Assembly (NCBI GenBank): GCA_964534185.1
Contig: CAZHOH010000001.1
Location: forward strand, 19,669-83,668
DNA: 64,000 nucleotides
Direction of reading: 5' to 3'
Origin: Candidatus Woesearchaeota archaeon
GTDB taxonomy: Archaea > Nanobdellota > Nanobdellia > Pacearchaeales > GW2011-AR1
Positions 42,373 to 51,572 of the stretch are shown here, one piece after another; positions within the stretch are counted from its first letter, which is position 1; the number at the start of each line of letters is the position of its first letter. The position numbers and the translations under genes are program-made. Under the pieces are notes generated by a model, which did not search any database, was not told the origin of the DNA, and was given only the letters and a program-made list of their open reading frames with translations.

Positions 42373-43107
42373 TCACTCCGTATGCGGTGATTCTTGGGTG
42401 CATGACACTATCCTGTTGGCTGTGACATAGGACTCGGGGGTGCCAGCGTCGGTCCACTCCCCATCCAGGCAGGCGATCCGCAGCTTGCCCTCCCGAACGA
42501 ACTCCATGTTCAGATCAGTGACCTCTAACTCGCCGCGGTTGCTAGGCTGCAGCCTAGGCAACAAAGAGAAGGCATGCGGCGGGTAAAAATAGATGCCCGT
42601 CTGTGCCAGATTCGACCTTGGCTCCCGGGGCTTCTCCTCGATCGCGACGACGCGATCCTCGCTTACCTCGACCACCCCGTACCTGCGGGGATCCTCGACT
42701 TCCTTGACGAGAATCATGGCGTGGTCGTCGGGCAGCGCGTCGTAGGACTGAACGAAAGGAAGCAGCGGATCCGAGAATATATTGTCGCCAAGGAGCACGC
42801 AGAACCGATCCCTGCCGACGAAGTCGTCGCACAACATAAGCGCTTGCGCTATTCCGCCCGCCTCGTCCTGGATGCGGTAGGTCAGCTCGCACCCCAGTTT
42901 CCTTCCGGAGCCGAGGAGCGCCATGAAGTCCCCGGAATGCTCGGGTCCGCAAATGACCATGATCTTTCGGATGCCGCCCTCGATGAGTTTGGCCAAGGGC
43001 CACATGATCATCGGCTTCATGCCGACGGGCAACAAGTGCTTGTTTGTCACCTGCGTCAGGGGGTGCAGCCTAGTGCCCGTGCCGCCGGCAAGGATGATTC
43101 CTTTCAT
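42373..43107 (-). CDS. sugar-1-phosphate nucleotidyltransferase (RmlA-like, short form)
   Basis: Trimmed to ATG 43107. MKGIILAGGTGTRLHPLT, then LGDNIF. Confidence 0.75.
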   Translation of the reverse strand: MKGIILAGGTGTRLHPLTQVTNKHLLPVGMKPMIMWPLAKLIEGGIRKIMVICGPEHSGDFMALLGSGRKLGCELTYRIQDEAGGIAQALMLCDDFVGRDRFCVLLGDNIFSDPLLPFVQSYDALPDDHAMILVKEVEDPRRYGVVEVSEDRVVAIEEKPREPRSNLAQTGIYFYPPHAFSLLPRLQPSNRGELEVTDLNMEFVREGKLRIACLDGEWTDAGTPESYVTANRIVSCTQESPHTE

Positions 43108-43113
43108 GATGTC

Positions 43114-43119
43114 ATTATA
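43114..43119 (-). promoter_or_regulatory. -10 box TATAAT placed 6 nt before the ATG (leaderless arrangement)
   Basis: The minus strand reads CGTATAAT-GACATC-ATG. The spacing and CG prefix match those upstream of dcm at 19190-19206. No SD sequence is present. Confidence 0.3.
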
Positions 43120-43342
43120 CGTTGAAGGTTGGGAAATAGGCGCTGCGGTTGGACGAGCGCGCGGCGGAAGGCATGAGGCCACGGCAGTCGAGCGTGTGCC
43201 GGCATCCGCCTGCTACGCTGAACTGTTTGGCGCCGGGACTGATTTTTGTTCCCTAGGTTGGGCCGTTCTTTTCACTGCCGGCACGACGTATTTTCTTTTC
43301 AACAGTACTCCGCAGGGGGCGTTATTGGTCTAGCGGCCTTCG

Positions 43343-44059
43343 CTACCTTTGCCGGGTCGAGCATCCCAGGGCCTGATGGACGTATTCCTCCAGTGACTTC
43401 TGCGGCAACCTAGAGAGATCTAATCTCTTGGTGCATGTCGCTTTCAGCCCAATGGCCTCGAACTGCCGGAGGAGCCCCTCCCATGGAAGATAAAATATTA
43501 CGTTGCCCCCGTGGGAGACAATCAGGTTCCTAAGGTCGAGGAAGTCCGGGTTAATCCTCGTACAGAACACTTCTACGTGTGCGTAGCGAGCCAAGGGCCT
43601 GACGACGTCAATAAGACTGCGGTTAGACAGGCCCCTGATGTCAAACATTAGAGAGTACGGGACGTCGTCCGTGGGCACGTTCTTCGGGAGGCAAAAGGAA
43701 TCCACGAAGGCCACGTCGTCGCGGAAGACGACCAAGTGAGTCGCCCAGCGTCCATGAGGCAGCTTTCCCCCGAGGCATTCCTTTATAAGGGAAGAATCCT
43801 CTATTGCCAGGATGCGGATGGGCCGCCCGCCGGGGATATTCCGCTCAAGAAGGAAAAGGTAAGCGATTGGCCAGCCCAGCAGGACCGCGAGAAAGACGAG
43901 GAAAGGCTCCCAGTGCACCCCCGCGGGCCTCTTTCCATCGATGAACACTTGCTGAGCCCTGTACAACAGGACATCCCGGCACCGGCATGACGCGATCCAC
44001 GTCCCTAGCGCCAAGTAGGGCAACGACAGGGCGATCAGGACATACCACCCGTAATGCAT
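43343..44059 (-). CDS. membrane protein (238 aa)
   Basis: Two N-terminal hydrophobic helices. Its start overlaps the upstream stop (TGATG). Confidence 0.55.
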   Translation of the reverse strand: MHYGWYVLIALSLPYLALGTWIASCRCRDVLLYRAQQVFIDGKRPAGVHWEPFLVFLAVLLGWPIAYLFLLERNIPGGRPIRILAIEDSSLIKECLGGKLPHGRWATHLVVFRDDVAFVDSFCLPKNVPTDDVPYSLMFDIRGLSNRSLIDVVRPLARYAHVEVFCTRINPDFLDLRNLIVSHGGNVIFYLPWEGLLRQFEAIGLKATCTKRLDLSRLPQKSLEEYVHQALGCSTRQR

Positions 44060-44493
44060 CAATCTATCCTCAGGGCTTCAATCGCGAGGTCACGGAACAC
44101 GCTCTTGAACAAGTCGACCGAGACCTCCTTCTGTAGCTCCTTGGGAAGGTCGCACTCCTTGAACTCGGAAAGGATGACGTCGATCGCGTCCAGCGCCTCG
44201 GCGACCCTGGCCCTGAGGGCCTCCTTCAAGTCGTCGCTCATCCCGGCATCCCGCCGCGGCCTCCCCCGGGGAGGAGCTGACTTGGCGTCCTCTTCCGAGG
44301 CCTCCTCCAGGTCAGAGATGACGGGGTCCTCGTGGTTCAGGACCGTCTTGAATTCCTCCCCGTCCTTGGCGATGGCGTTGAGGTAGAGTCCTTCCTCCCG
44401 CAGTTGCTGGGTGGCCGCCTCCACGTCGCTCGCCTCTATCGACCCGGCCTTGGTTGCGCCGTCCTTGGTGAATCCCTCGTAGTTGAACTTCAT
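44059..44493 (-). CDS. acidic hypothetical protein (144 aa)
   Basis: ATG at 44493 with GGGAGA upstream. Confidence 0.5.
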   Translation of the reverse strand: MKFNYEGFTKDGATKAGSIEASDVEAATQQLREEGLYLNAIAKDGEEFKTVLNHEDPVISDLEEASEEDAKSAPPRGRPRRDAGMSDDLKEALRARVAEALDAIDVILSEFKECDLPKELQKEVSVDLFKSVFRDLAIEALRID

Positions 44494-44557
44494 TTCTCAA
44501 TCATCTCCCGGTCAAAACCATGGCCAACGATGCCATCGCCACTTGGCGGCAGCCAAT

Positions 44558-44965
44558 TCAGTTCCCTTCAGTTTTCCACTGGAGGCCCCACTGTATGTTG
44601 CGCGCATCGGCGTAGATGCCGAGCCTTTCCAGTTCCCCGAGCAGCGTGCCGTCCAGCATCAAGACCTCCCTCGGGTTCATCGGATCTGCCATCGTGATGC
44701 CGGCATGGGGCTCGTGCGCATGCTTGACCTCGAACCTTACCGCCTCGACGCCGACCGTGACGAAAGGACTCGTCATTGCCGTGGGCTTCGAGGGCCAGAT
44801 GAACCTGACCTTCGGGTTAAGAAGCCCGAACTTCTCCTGGATGCACTCCTTTATTTCCGCCCCCGTGGCGTCCCGACCTAGTTTGTCGGACTTCTTGTTC
44901 GCGGCCGCGAGGAAGTACTCTATGTTTACCTTGATCATCCGCATCAGAACCACGTCCGCCTTCAT
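44558..44965 (-). CDS. hypothetical protein (135 aa)
   Basis: ATGA overlap with the upstream gene. Confidence 0.5.
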   Translation of the reverse strand: MKADVVLMRMIKVNIEYFLAAANKKSDKLGRDATGAEIKECIQEKFGLLNPKVRFIWPSKPTAMTSPFVTVGVEAVRFEVKHAHEPHAGITMADPMNPREVLMLDGTLLGELERLGIYADARNIQWGLQWKTEGN

Positions 44966-46029
44966 TCTTGCTCCCCTATGGATACGCCGTACCTCTCCTC
45001 GGCCAGTCGCCGGTAGATGGCGGCTATTGCCTTGTAGTCCGGCTTCTTCCTCAGTCTGGTGGTCTTGGCCGCCTCCTCGATCCTCTCGTTGAGAGAATCG
45101 ACGTGGACCATCAGGTCATCATACGTCCAGCCACCGTCGCGAATGTGAAGCAACTCGGCCGCGTCCGGCCTGTACACGTTGACCTGGCAAGACTCGAGGA
45201 TCTCTAGCGCCATCCTGAGTAGCCTGACCAAGTGCATCGCATGCTTCGAGTCGTAGCCCGCCTTGGCCTCCAGCTCGCGCCTCTTCGGGTTGCGCTCACG
45301 GGCCCACCTCGCGTAGGCCTTCCAGTCACCCGCGGCCTCCTGGTACGCCTTCTCCCTGCGGACGGAGTCCCTGTACTCGGGCTGCACATACTCGTCTGGT
45401 ACCGAGAGGATGGCGCCCCGGTACTGCTGCGGCACGGTGGTCTCCTCGGGGAGGCCAAAGGCTTTCCGAGAGGGCTTTTCCTTCGGAGGGTTGAGCAGAT
45501 ACCGACGGTGGTTCTGGATGCGCCTCAACTGCGCGGTGGCGTAGCCCGCGAATGTAGAGCGCGCCTTCTGCGACAGGAACAGCCCCCTCGCGTCACGGAT
45601 GAGCCCCCATTCCTCGGTCTCGTGAAGGATGTTGCGGTCGACGTAGAGGAACTCAATGATGTTGGGGTTGCACTGCGCCGCCAGTTTTATGAACTTGCGC
45701 AGCTCCTGCATCTCCTCGTCCGCACCTGGCCTCCGAACCGTTCCCGCGGACCAGTTCATGTCTCCCTGGTCGACCTGCAGCGCGTGGCCTAGATGCCCCA
45801 TCGCGGAGTCCGGCAACCCCGCCTCCACGGCCTCCAGCGCCCCAACGATGTGATCATGCAGGGATCCCTGCCCGACGAACGACGTGTGGAATAGGTCGAA
45901 TGCGAGGCTAAGGGGAGCCATGAAGACGCCCCTGATGTCCTCGTCGGACTCGGGGGTGCTGGTTCCGTAGGCGCGGCTCCCGGATATGAAGCGGAATATG
46001 CAGTTGCGCGCGGCTTGCTCGTAGTTCAT
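44962..46029 (-). CDS. Pol-beta-superfamily nucleotidyltransferase, RlaP-like (RNA-ligase-associated family)
   Basis: ISGSRAYGTSTPESDEDIRGVF matches the GS-x10-DxD signature of the family I recall as PF10127. Confidence 0.6.
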   Translation of the reverse strand: MNYEQAARNCIFRFISGSRAYGTSTPESDEDIRGVFMAPLSLAFDLFHTSFVGQGSLHDHIVGALEAVEAGLPDSAMGHLGHALQVDQGDMNWSAGTVRRPGADEEMQELRKFIKLAAQCNPNIIEFLYVDRNILHETEEWGLIRDARGLFLSQKARSTFAGYATAQLRRIQNHRRYLLNPPKEKPSRKAFGLPEETTVPQQYRGAILSVPDEYVQPEYRDSVRREKAYQEAAGDWKAYARWARERNPKRRELEAKAGYDSKHAMHLVRLLRMALEILESCQVNVYRPDAAELLHIRDGGWTYDDLMVHVDSLNERIEEAAKTTRLRKKPDYKAIAAIYRRLAEERYGVSIGEQE

Positions 46030-46087
46030 CACGGATCCTCGCTAGATCGCCTAAAGGAAGGATATCCGCACGCGGCGTCCGTTGCAA

Positions 46088-46429
46088 CTACTTGCTCTTC
46101 CTGCCAAAGCCCCTGACCTGGGGAAGGCCCCCCACCCCCGGGAGACCGGGGATGCCGGGCTGCGGGGCAACCCTGCCCCGCAGCACCTTAGGGTCCGAGG
46201 ACGGCTGCTCCTCACGGGGAGTCCTTGACGCTGCGGCGAGCTTGTCGATTTTCTCGCAGACCTTGCCCTTCATCGACTCGACGTCGACGCCCGTGTCCAC
46301 GTCGCAGATCGCGGCGGGGACGAGGGTGACGGTGCGGTTCCGGGTCTCGAGCCGCACCGGCTGCTTGCCTTCCTGAAGCAGGCTCTCCTCCGGCACGGCG
46401 GCCATGAAAACGACGATCTTATAGGACAT
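46088..46429 (-). CDS. hypothetical protein (113 aa, Gly/Pro-rich tail)
   Basis: Only the last 113 codons of ORF 46088..47065 are used. ATG at 46429 with AGGAAGGAAG upstream. Confidence 0.45.
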   Translation of the reverse strand: MSYKIVVFMAAVPEESLLQEGKQPVRLETRNRTVTLVPAAICDVDTGVDVESMKGKVCEKIDKLAAASRTPREEQPSSDPKVLRGRVAPQPGIPGLPGVGGLPQVRGFGRKSK

Positions 46430-46458
46430 GCCTGTCTTCCTTCCTGCGAGCAGTCTAC

Positions 46459-47820
46459 CTACTCGCGCTTGAAATCGAGGTTGATCTTGTAGTTCCACGT
46501 CTTGCCGTGCTCCGGGTGCACCCCGAAAACGGACTGGGTTGGCCGCGACGCCTTGCGGAGCTGGTGCATCGAGTAGATGTCTCCCCCCACGAAACTGCCG
46601 TTGACCATGATCTCGCCGCGCGTCGTCTGCAGGTCGCTGAAGGAGTGAAAGTGCCCGAGGCAAAGGTAGTCGAAGGGCTTTCGCGTCGCTCCCGACACCA
46701 GGTTCTGCAGGCTCAGCTCCTCCTTGTAGATGGAGTTGATGTTCTGGGAGATGTAGTCGCCGTGAACAAGCAGGAACTCCCAGTCGTTGATGGTCTTCGT
46801 TTGCCACCATGCCTGTGAATAGTTGACGTTGATGTTCGGCCTGTTCTGCAGGAGGGCCTGCAGTAACTTGTACGATATGAGGTCCCAGTTGGCCGACACC
46901 TTGTCGGAGCTCTTCGAGACCCCCGCGCGCCCATGGTTGCCAAGAACTCCGTCGAACTCGACCCGCTCGAAGTAGGCGCTCCAGGCGTCCAGCATCTCGG
47001 AGACCACCTGCGCGGCCATGATGGCCTGCTGAGTGATGTCTAGCGTCGTGTAGGCCGGCCCCCACTCCCCCGCGAGGTTGGCCCCCTGGACAAAGTCGCC
47101 CAGGCCCATAACGTGCAGCACGGGCACCTGCCTGACCTCGCTGTGCAGGGACAGTATCTCGAGCACGGCGCTGCGAAGGTTGCTGGCCCTCTCCTTGAAC
47201 ACCTCGACGTCGTAGCCGCCGAGGCCACCCGTGTCCTGCGGGGAGAACTCCTGTCCCACGTGCAGGTCGGACAGCATGAGCACCATGTGCTCGTCGGAAT
47301 GCTTCTTATTTTTCGCCCTGTTGAGCGTCAGCTTTGGCAGGGCCTGGCGGGGCAGCGGGGTGGCGCTCCGCTCGATCGCCTCCTGGAGTTCGCGCAGGAA
47401 GGCCTTGTTGCTGACTTCCTTTCTCCGCACCTTGACGACATTCTTCGCGGCCTCCCTGTCCCGGACCGACTCGGCCTCCAGGTGCAGGACGTCGTCGTAG
47501 GTCATGTCGCACAACTCGGCCAGCACCTCGGCGAACCTATCCCAGTCGACGCTATTGACCTTCCTCGTGATCGTGGAGCGCTCGTAGCCGAGGGCGTCGG
47601 CCATCGCGGCATGGGACAGCTTGGAATTACTGGACACCAGCTCGTATAGGGCGACCATCTTTGGGGCGTCCCACGCGGCTGTCACGCCGGGCAGGCACGA
47701 GAACCGCAGCGGATCCTCCCCGTGCTTCTCCATGAACGCACTGACGGCGTCCACCCTCCGAGTTGACTTTCTCTTCGCCAGCCTCTTCCGAATGGCGTCG
47801 GCACGATCCTTCCTGTTCAT
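46459..47820 (-). CDS. calcineurin-like metallophosphoesterase with N-terminal HTH-like region
   Basis: MLSDLHVG, GLGDFVQG, GNHGR, VHGDY and LGHFHS. Start trimmed to ATG 47820. Confidence 0.65.
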   Translation of the reverse strand: MNRKDRADAIRKRLAKRKSTRRVDAVSAFMEKHGEDPLRFSCLPGVTAAWDAPKMVALYELVSSNSKLSHAAMADALGYERSTITRKVNSVDWDRFAEVLAELCDMTYDDVLHLEAESVRDREAAKNVVKVRRKEVSNKAFLRELQEAIERSATPLPRQALPKLTLNRAKNKKHSDEHMVLMLSDLHVGQEFSPQDTGGLGGYDVEVFKERASNLRSAVLEILSLHSEVRQVPVLHVMGLGDFVQGANLAGEWGPAYTTLDITQQAIMAAQVVSEMLDAWSAYFERVEFDGVLGNHGRAGVSKSSDKVSANWDLISYKLLQALLQNRPNINVNYSQAWWQTKTINDWEFLLVHGDYISQNINSIYKEELSLQNLVSGATRKPFDYLCLGHFHSFSDLQTTRGEIMVNGSFVGGDIYSMHQLRKASRPTQSVFGVHPEHGKTWNYKINLDFKRE

Positions 47821-48992
47821 TAAGATCTCCCTGGCAGGACTGATACGGGTAAAACGTCGCTCGCCCGGAACCATAAGTCTCGCCGAGCCTCGTCAAGGGG
47901 CAGGCTCTCGTCCAAGCCTCCCACTTTTTCCAGCACTGTTCTCCTCGCGACGAAACTATCGGGCGCGCCAGCGGCGAATATGTGGCCGGGGCCCTCCAGT
48001 GCCTTTAGTTGGGCCGCCAGCCGACGCGGTTCCTGCCTGTCGGCCAGCCAGACGTACTTGGTACGGGTCATCAAGAGGCCCAGGTTGAAGGCTCCCGTGT
48101 TGGATGCCCCCGGGGGTGGGACTACGGCCCTGACTCCCTCTGGCGCCGGCCCGTCGGATACGAGTGTGACCTCGAAGTCATGAAGGCCGCTTCCGCTCAG
48201 TTCCCTTGTGACCTTGGACAAGTCGTTCATACTGCCTATTATTACGATTCCCAATGTTGGGACCCGAAATTTGTCCACGTATTGGGAGGACAAGGAAAAT
48301 TCCCCGGCCTCCCCCATCTTCCTGAGGCGCGCCTCCACGACGTCCCTTAGCATGCAGGCCATGGAGTACGAGAACGGGCTGCCGCTTCCGCGCGAGGGCC
48401 CGCCTCCCCTATGGATGACGTTTGTCACGGCGTCGGCTTTGCCCGGCGCTCCGCACGCGATGTACATGCGCCCCCAGAAGTCCCAGTCCTCCATTTTTTG
48501 CAGGCTTTCGTCCCATCCCCCTACGAGCTCGAACGCCTTTCTCGTGTGGATGAACGATGAGACGGGCGCGATGTTCTGCGACAGGAGCGCGTCGGGGTCG
48601 TAATAGCGCTTCGGCCCGGGGTTGTTTGGCTCGGGGTCGGTGGTCTCGAAGCCGTCGGCATAGCGGAACAACGCCCGGGAGAAGGAGAACTCGTGGCTCC
48701 CTATGGCGCGGAGTTGTTCTCCCACGTAGTTCGGCAGCAGCTCGTCGTCGTCGTCGAGATAGCAGATGTAGTCCGCGGAAGACATCTTGACGCCGAAGTT
48801 GCGGGCGTAGGCAGGGCCCCTTCCCCCGGGGGTGGACAGGAGCCTGGTTCCAGGAACAGGATTCGGGGCACGGGGACCGTCGTTGACGACAATAATATCC
48901 ATCACCTTGACTGTTTGGTTCAATGCGGATTTGACAGCACGCCCAAGCAAATCCGGCCTGCTGTATGTCGGGATTATAATGGCTATATTCAT
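47820..48992 (-). CDS. family 2 glycosyltransferase (possibly two-domain)
   Basis: Trimmed to ATG 48992. MNIAIIIPTYSRPDLLGRAVKSALNQT, then YLDDDDELLPNY. Confidence 0.75.
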   Translation of the reverse strand: MNIAIIIPTYSRPDLLGRAVKSALNQTVKVMDIIVVNDGPRAPNPVPGTRLLSTPGGRGPAYARNFGVKMSSADYICYLDDDDELLPNYVGEQLRAIGSHEFSFSRALFRYADGFETTDPEPNNPGPKRYYDPDALLSQNIAPVSSFIHTRKAFELVGGWDESLQKMEDWDFWGRMYIACGAPGKADAVTNVIHRGGGPSRGSGSPFSYSMACMLRDVVEARLRKMGEAGEFSLSSQYVDKFRVPTLGIVIIGSMNDLSKVTRELSGSGLHDFEVTLVSDGPAPEGVRAVVPPPGASNTGAFNLGLLMTRTKYVWLADRQEPRRLAAQLKALEGPGHIFAAGAPDSFVARRTVLEKVGGLDESLPLDEARRDLWFRASDVLPVSVLPGRS

Positions 48993-49579
48993 TGTTTCCG
49001 AAAAGCCCGAAGAGCTTCTGTCCCTTCGAGACTTTCTTGAAGAACATTTATTCTGTCTGAGACTTCTGGCGATACCCACCAGTCCTCAAACGGGTACCCA
49101 TCGTTTCGGATGTCAGGCGCCGCCAAAACGTAACCACGCGCAAGAAAGATGCCGCGGGACGCGCCACGAAGATCATCCCCGAGCCTGTAAGAATCGTGCT
49201 CGAATGTTACGACGGAGAATTTATAGTCATCGAGTACGTCCGCCTCGATCTTCTTCAACGTAGACAACGAAGCGTCGTCTACATCAAGACTCAGGTAGTC
49301 TATCTGCGCGGGAAAGGATAGCCTACGAAAAAGCGACCCATAGTCTATGGATGTAGAGTCCCGCATAACTGCCTCGGAGCGCGGACGTTTCTTCTCGTAC
49401 GAGGCTCTTCTGCTCGCGTCCATGTCTACAAGGCATCCGCGCCAGCCATACCGGGTCTCCAGCGCGTATGTATTACTGATCTGAATGGGGTCTCCCGCTC
49501 CGATATCAACAAACGTTCCTTCCCTTTTGGCGTTGAGGCAAAAGACTACGAATTCGTCCTGTAACGCTTGACTTTGCAT
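48989..49579 (-). CDS. FkbM-type SAM-dependent methyltransferase
   Basis: TFVDIGAGDPIQISNTYALE...GWRGCLVD. Confidence 0.55.
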   Translation of the reverse strand: MQSQALQDEFVVFCLNAKREGTFVDIGAGDPIQISNTYALETRYGWRGCLVDMDASRRASYEKKRPRSEAVMRDSTSIDYGSLFRRLSFPAQIDYLSLDVDDASLSTLKKIEADVLDDYKFSVVTFEHDSYRLGDDLRGASRGIFLARGYVLAAPDIRNDGYPFEDWWVSPEVSDRINVLQESLEGTEALRAFRKQ

Positions 49580-50652
49580 TAGAAACCCAATACTTTGTTG
49601 GATACGACCTGGCTAACGTTATCGACCGCGTATTCCGGGGGTATCAACCACTTGGAATCATTGTCCCTTATAATACGAACGCAGCGCATGATGTCCTCTG
49701 GTAGGACACCGGATAAAATGTTACTGCCACACTCGATGGTTTCCGGGCGCTCTGTGGAATCGCGAATCGTAATATTGGGGATGCCCATGATGCAGCACTC
49801 TTCCTGAACGGTACCGCTGTCAGTTAGAACGAAGCAAGCCTGCTGCTCGAGTTTTACGAAGTCAAATAGCCCGAACGGCTGCAAGAAGTGTATTTTGTTG
49901 TCTACGAGGTCCTTGTCCATCTCCTCCAAGCGATTTCTAGTTCGGGGATGAACACTGCATACGACAGGGAGTTCGTAATCCCTTCGGATGCTTCCAAGGG
50001 AGTCCAGCAGATGTCTCAATCGAAGTTTGTCGTCGACATTCTCCTGACGGTGCATAGTAACCAAGCAATAGGATTCATAAAGTCCTAGGTCATCAAGAAT
50101 GCGTGACTCTGAGATTTTGTTTGCGTAGTATCGAAGTACCTCGGCGATGGGATTTCCCGTTACGAATATCCGATTACCTTCTATACCTTCGCGCAGGAGG
50201 TTACTTCTGCTTCTTTCTGTATAAGGCATCAGCACATCGCTCGAATGGTCTATGATACGTCTGTTTACTTCTTCGGGCACGCGGTCATCGAAGCACCTAT
50301 TGCCAGCTTCCATGTGGTAGACCGGGATGCCGAGCCTCTTGGCAACAATAGCCGACAATGCGCTGTTGGTATCCCCCAGCAAGAGGACGCGATCGGGGAG
50401 CTCCTCCTCCATTACCTCTTCGGACAAGGCAAGGATGCGGCCAATTTGTGCACCGAAAGTAGACTCTCGTATTCCAAGGAGACGATCCGGAGTACGAACC
50501 CCCAGCTCATCAAAAAATACGTCATTCAGTTTGGCGTCATAGTTCTGACCCGTATGAACTAGGACATGATCACACAACGCGTCTAACTTGGGGATTATCC
50601 GGCTCAACCTGATTATCTCAGGCCTGGTTCCGAGTAGTGTTAGAACCTTCAT
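49579..50652 (-). CDS. UDP-N-acetylglucosamine 2-epimerase family (FnlC/WbvD/Cap5G-like)
   Basis: MKVLTLLGTRPEIIRLSRIIPKLD, with length and motifs typical of WecB-fold epimerases. Confidence 0.8.
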   Translation of the reverse strand: MKVLTLLGTRPEIIRLSRIIPKLDALCDHVLVHTGQNYDAKLNDVFFDELGVRTPDRLLGIRESTFGAQIGRILALSEEVMEEELPDRVLLLGDTNSALSAIVAKRLGIPVYHMEAGNRCFDDRVPEEVNRRIIDHSSDVLMPYTERSRSNLLREGIEGNRIFVTGNPIAEVLRYYANKISESRILDDLGLYESYCLVTMHRQENVDDKLRLRHLLDSLGSIRRDYELPVVCSVHPRTRNRLEEMDKDLVDNKIHFLQPFGLFDFVKLEQQACFVLTDSGTVQEECCIMGIPNITIRDSTERPETIECGSNILSGVLPEDIMRCVRIIRDNDSKWLIPPEYAVDNVSQVVSNKVLGF

Positions 50653-51563
50653 CGGTTTCCTCCGTAAATCTTCCCCCTAGTTTTGATGCCAGGAAAATCT
50701 ACCCATTCATCCCCAAAATGCGCATAATCTTTTTCCGTCGTAATTCGAATCTCATGAACACACCCTGATTTCTTCAACTTTATGAATGATAACTTCTTAT
50801 AACTCTTGCGATCCAAAACCCAGATGCCACCATCAGAATGATTCCTCGCAGCACGGCTCCCATCCCATACTGACTGGCCCATGAGAATGAGATCTCGCGA
50901 AATAGCCAACCCACGAGTAAGGACTCTTTTCTCGGCTTGACAAAGAATTTCCCCTGACGAAGCCTCAATCAATTGTCCCCTGTTGGTAGCGCATACTAGG
51001 GTCTGGCCTTGCACGCGGCATACATTATGCGCCCACAAAGAAGCCTCCATCGAGATGTATTTCTCAATGACTTTTGTAGTTAAATCTACTATGAATATCT
51101 TGGAAGGGCGCTCCCAATTATGCGCACATACGTACAGTTTACCCCCCTTGACATAGACAGAGTTGAAATGGTTTCCGGTACCTTTTGGGCCTAGTCGATC
51201 CCATTTCTTATCATTGATCCAGAAGTTCTCATATTCTAGAGTTTGCGTATCAAGGATACCTATGGCATTCCGCCCCGTATTAGTACATATTACTTTGCCA
51301 TTATTGCAAACAATCTGGTGGGGCTGAGAAAGAAACGCGGCGGACGTTCTTCGAGCTACGGATACTGTTCCCTTTATTGAGTTTCTATATGATTCTTCCG
51401 TTCCGAGAGAAGCATTGTCTATGTTGCTATGCGAGAAGCACAGCCCCTCTCTTGTCCAAGAAATGCCATAGTATTCAGTACGACCGCTCTCGACTACTTC
51501 GTAGCGTCCCGTCTCAATATCAACCCAGAGGATATTCTTCGGACATGCAACCAATACTTCCAC
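50649..51563 (-). CDS. hypothetical protein (304 aa, beta-rich)
   Basis: GTG start with AGGAGAA upstream. Overlaps the next gene. Confidence 0.5.
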   Translation of the reverse strand: MEVLVACPKNILWVDIETGRYEVVESGRTEYYGISWTREGLCFSHSNIDNASLGTEESYRNSIKGTVSVARRTSAAFLSQPHQIVCNNGKVICTNTGRNAIGILDTQTLEYENFWINDKKWDRLGPKGTGNHFNSVYVKGGKLYVCAHNWERPSKIFIVDLTTKVIEKYISMEASLWAHNVCRVQGQTLVCATNRGQLIEASSGEILCQAEKRVLTRGLAISRDLILMGQSVWDGSRAARNHSDGGIWVLDRKSYKKLSFIKLKKSGCVHEIRITTEKDYAHFGDEWVDFPGIKTRGKIYGGNR

Positions 51564-51572
51564 TTTCTTCTC

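Noticed and set aside
46430-47065. N-terminal 212 codons of ORF 46088..47065
   Set aside because: This part overlaps the metallophosphoesterase gene out of frame and is Arg/Gly/Pro-rich. Only the last 113 codons, which have their own AGGAAGGAAG site, look like a gene.
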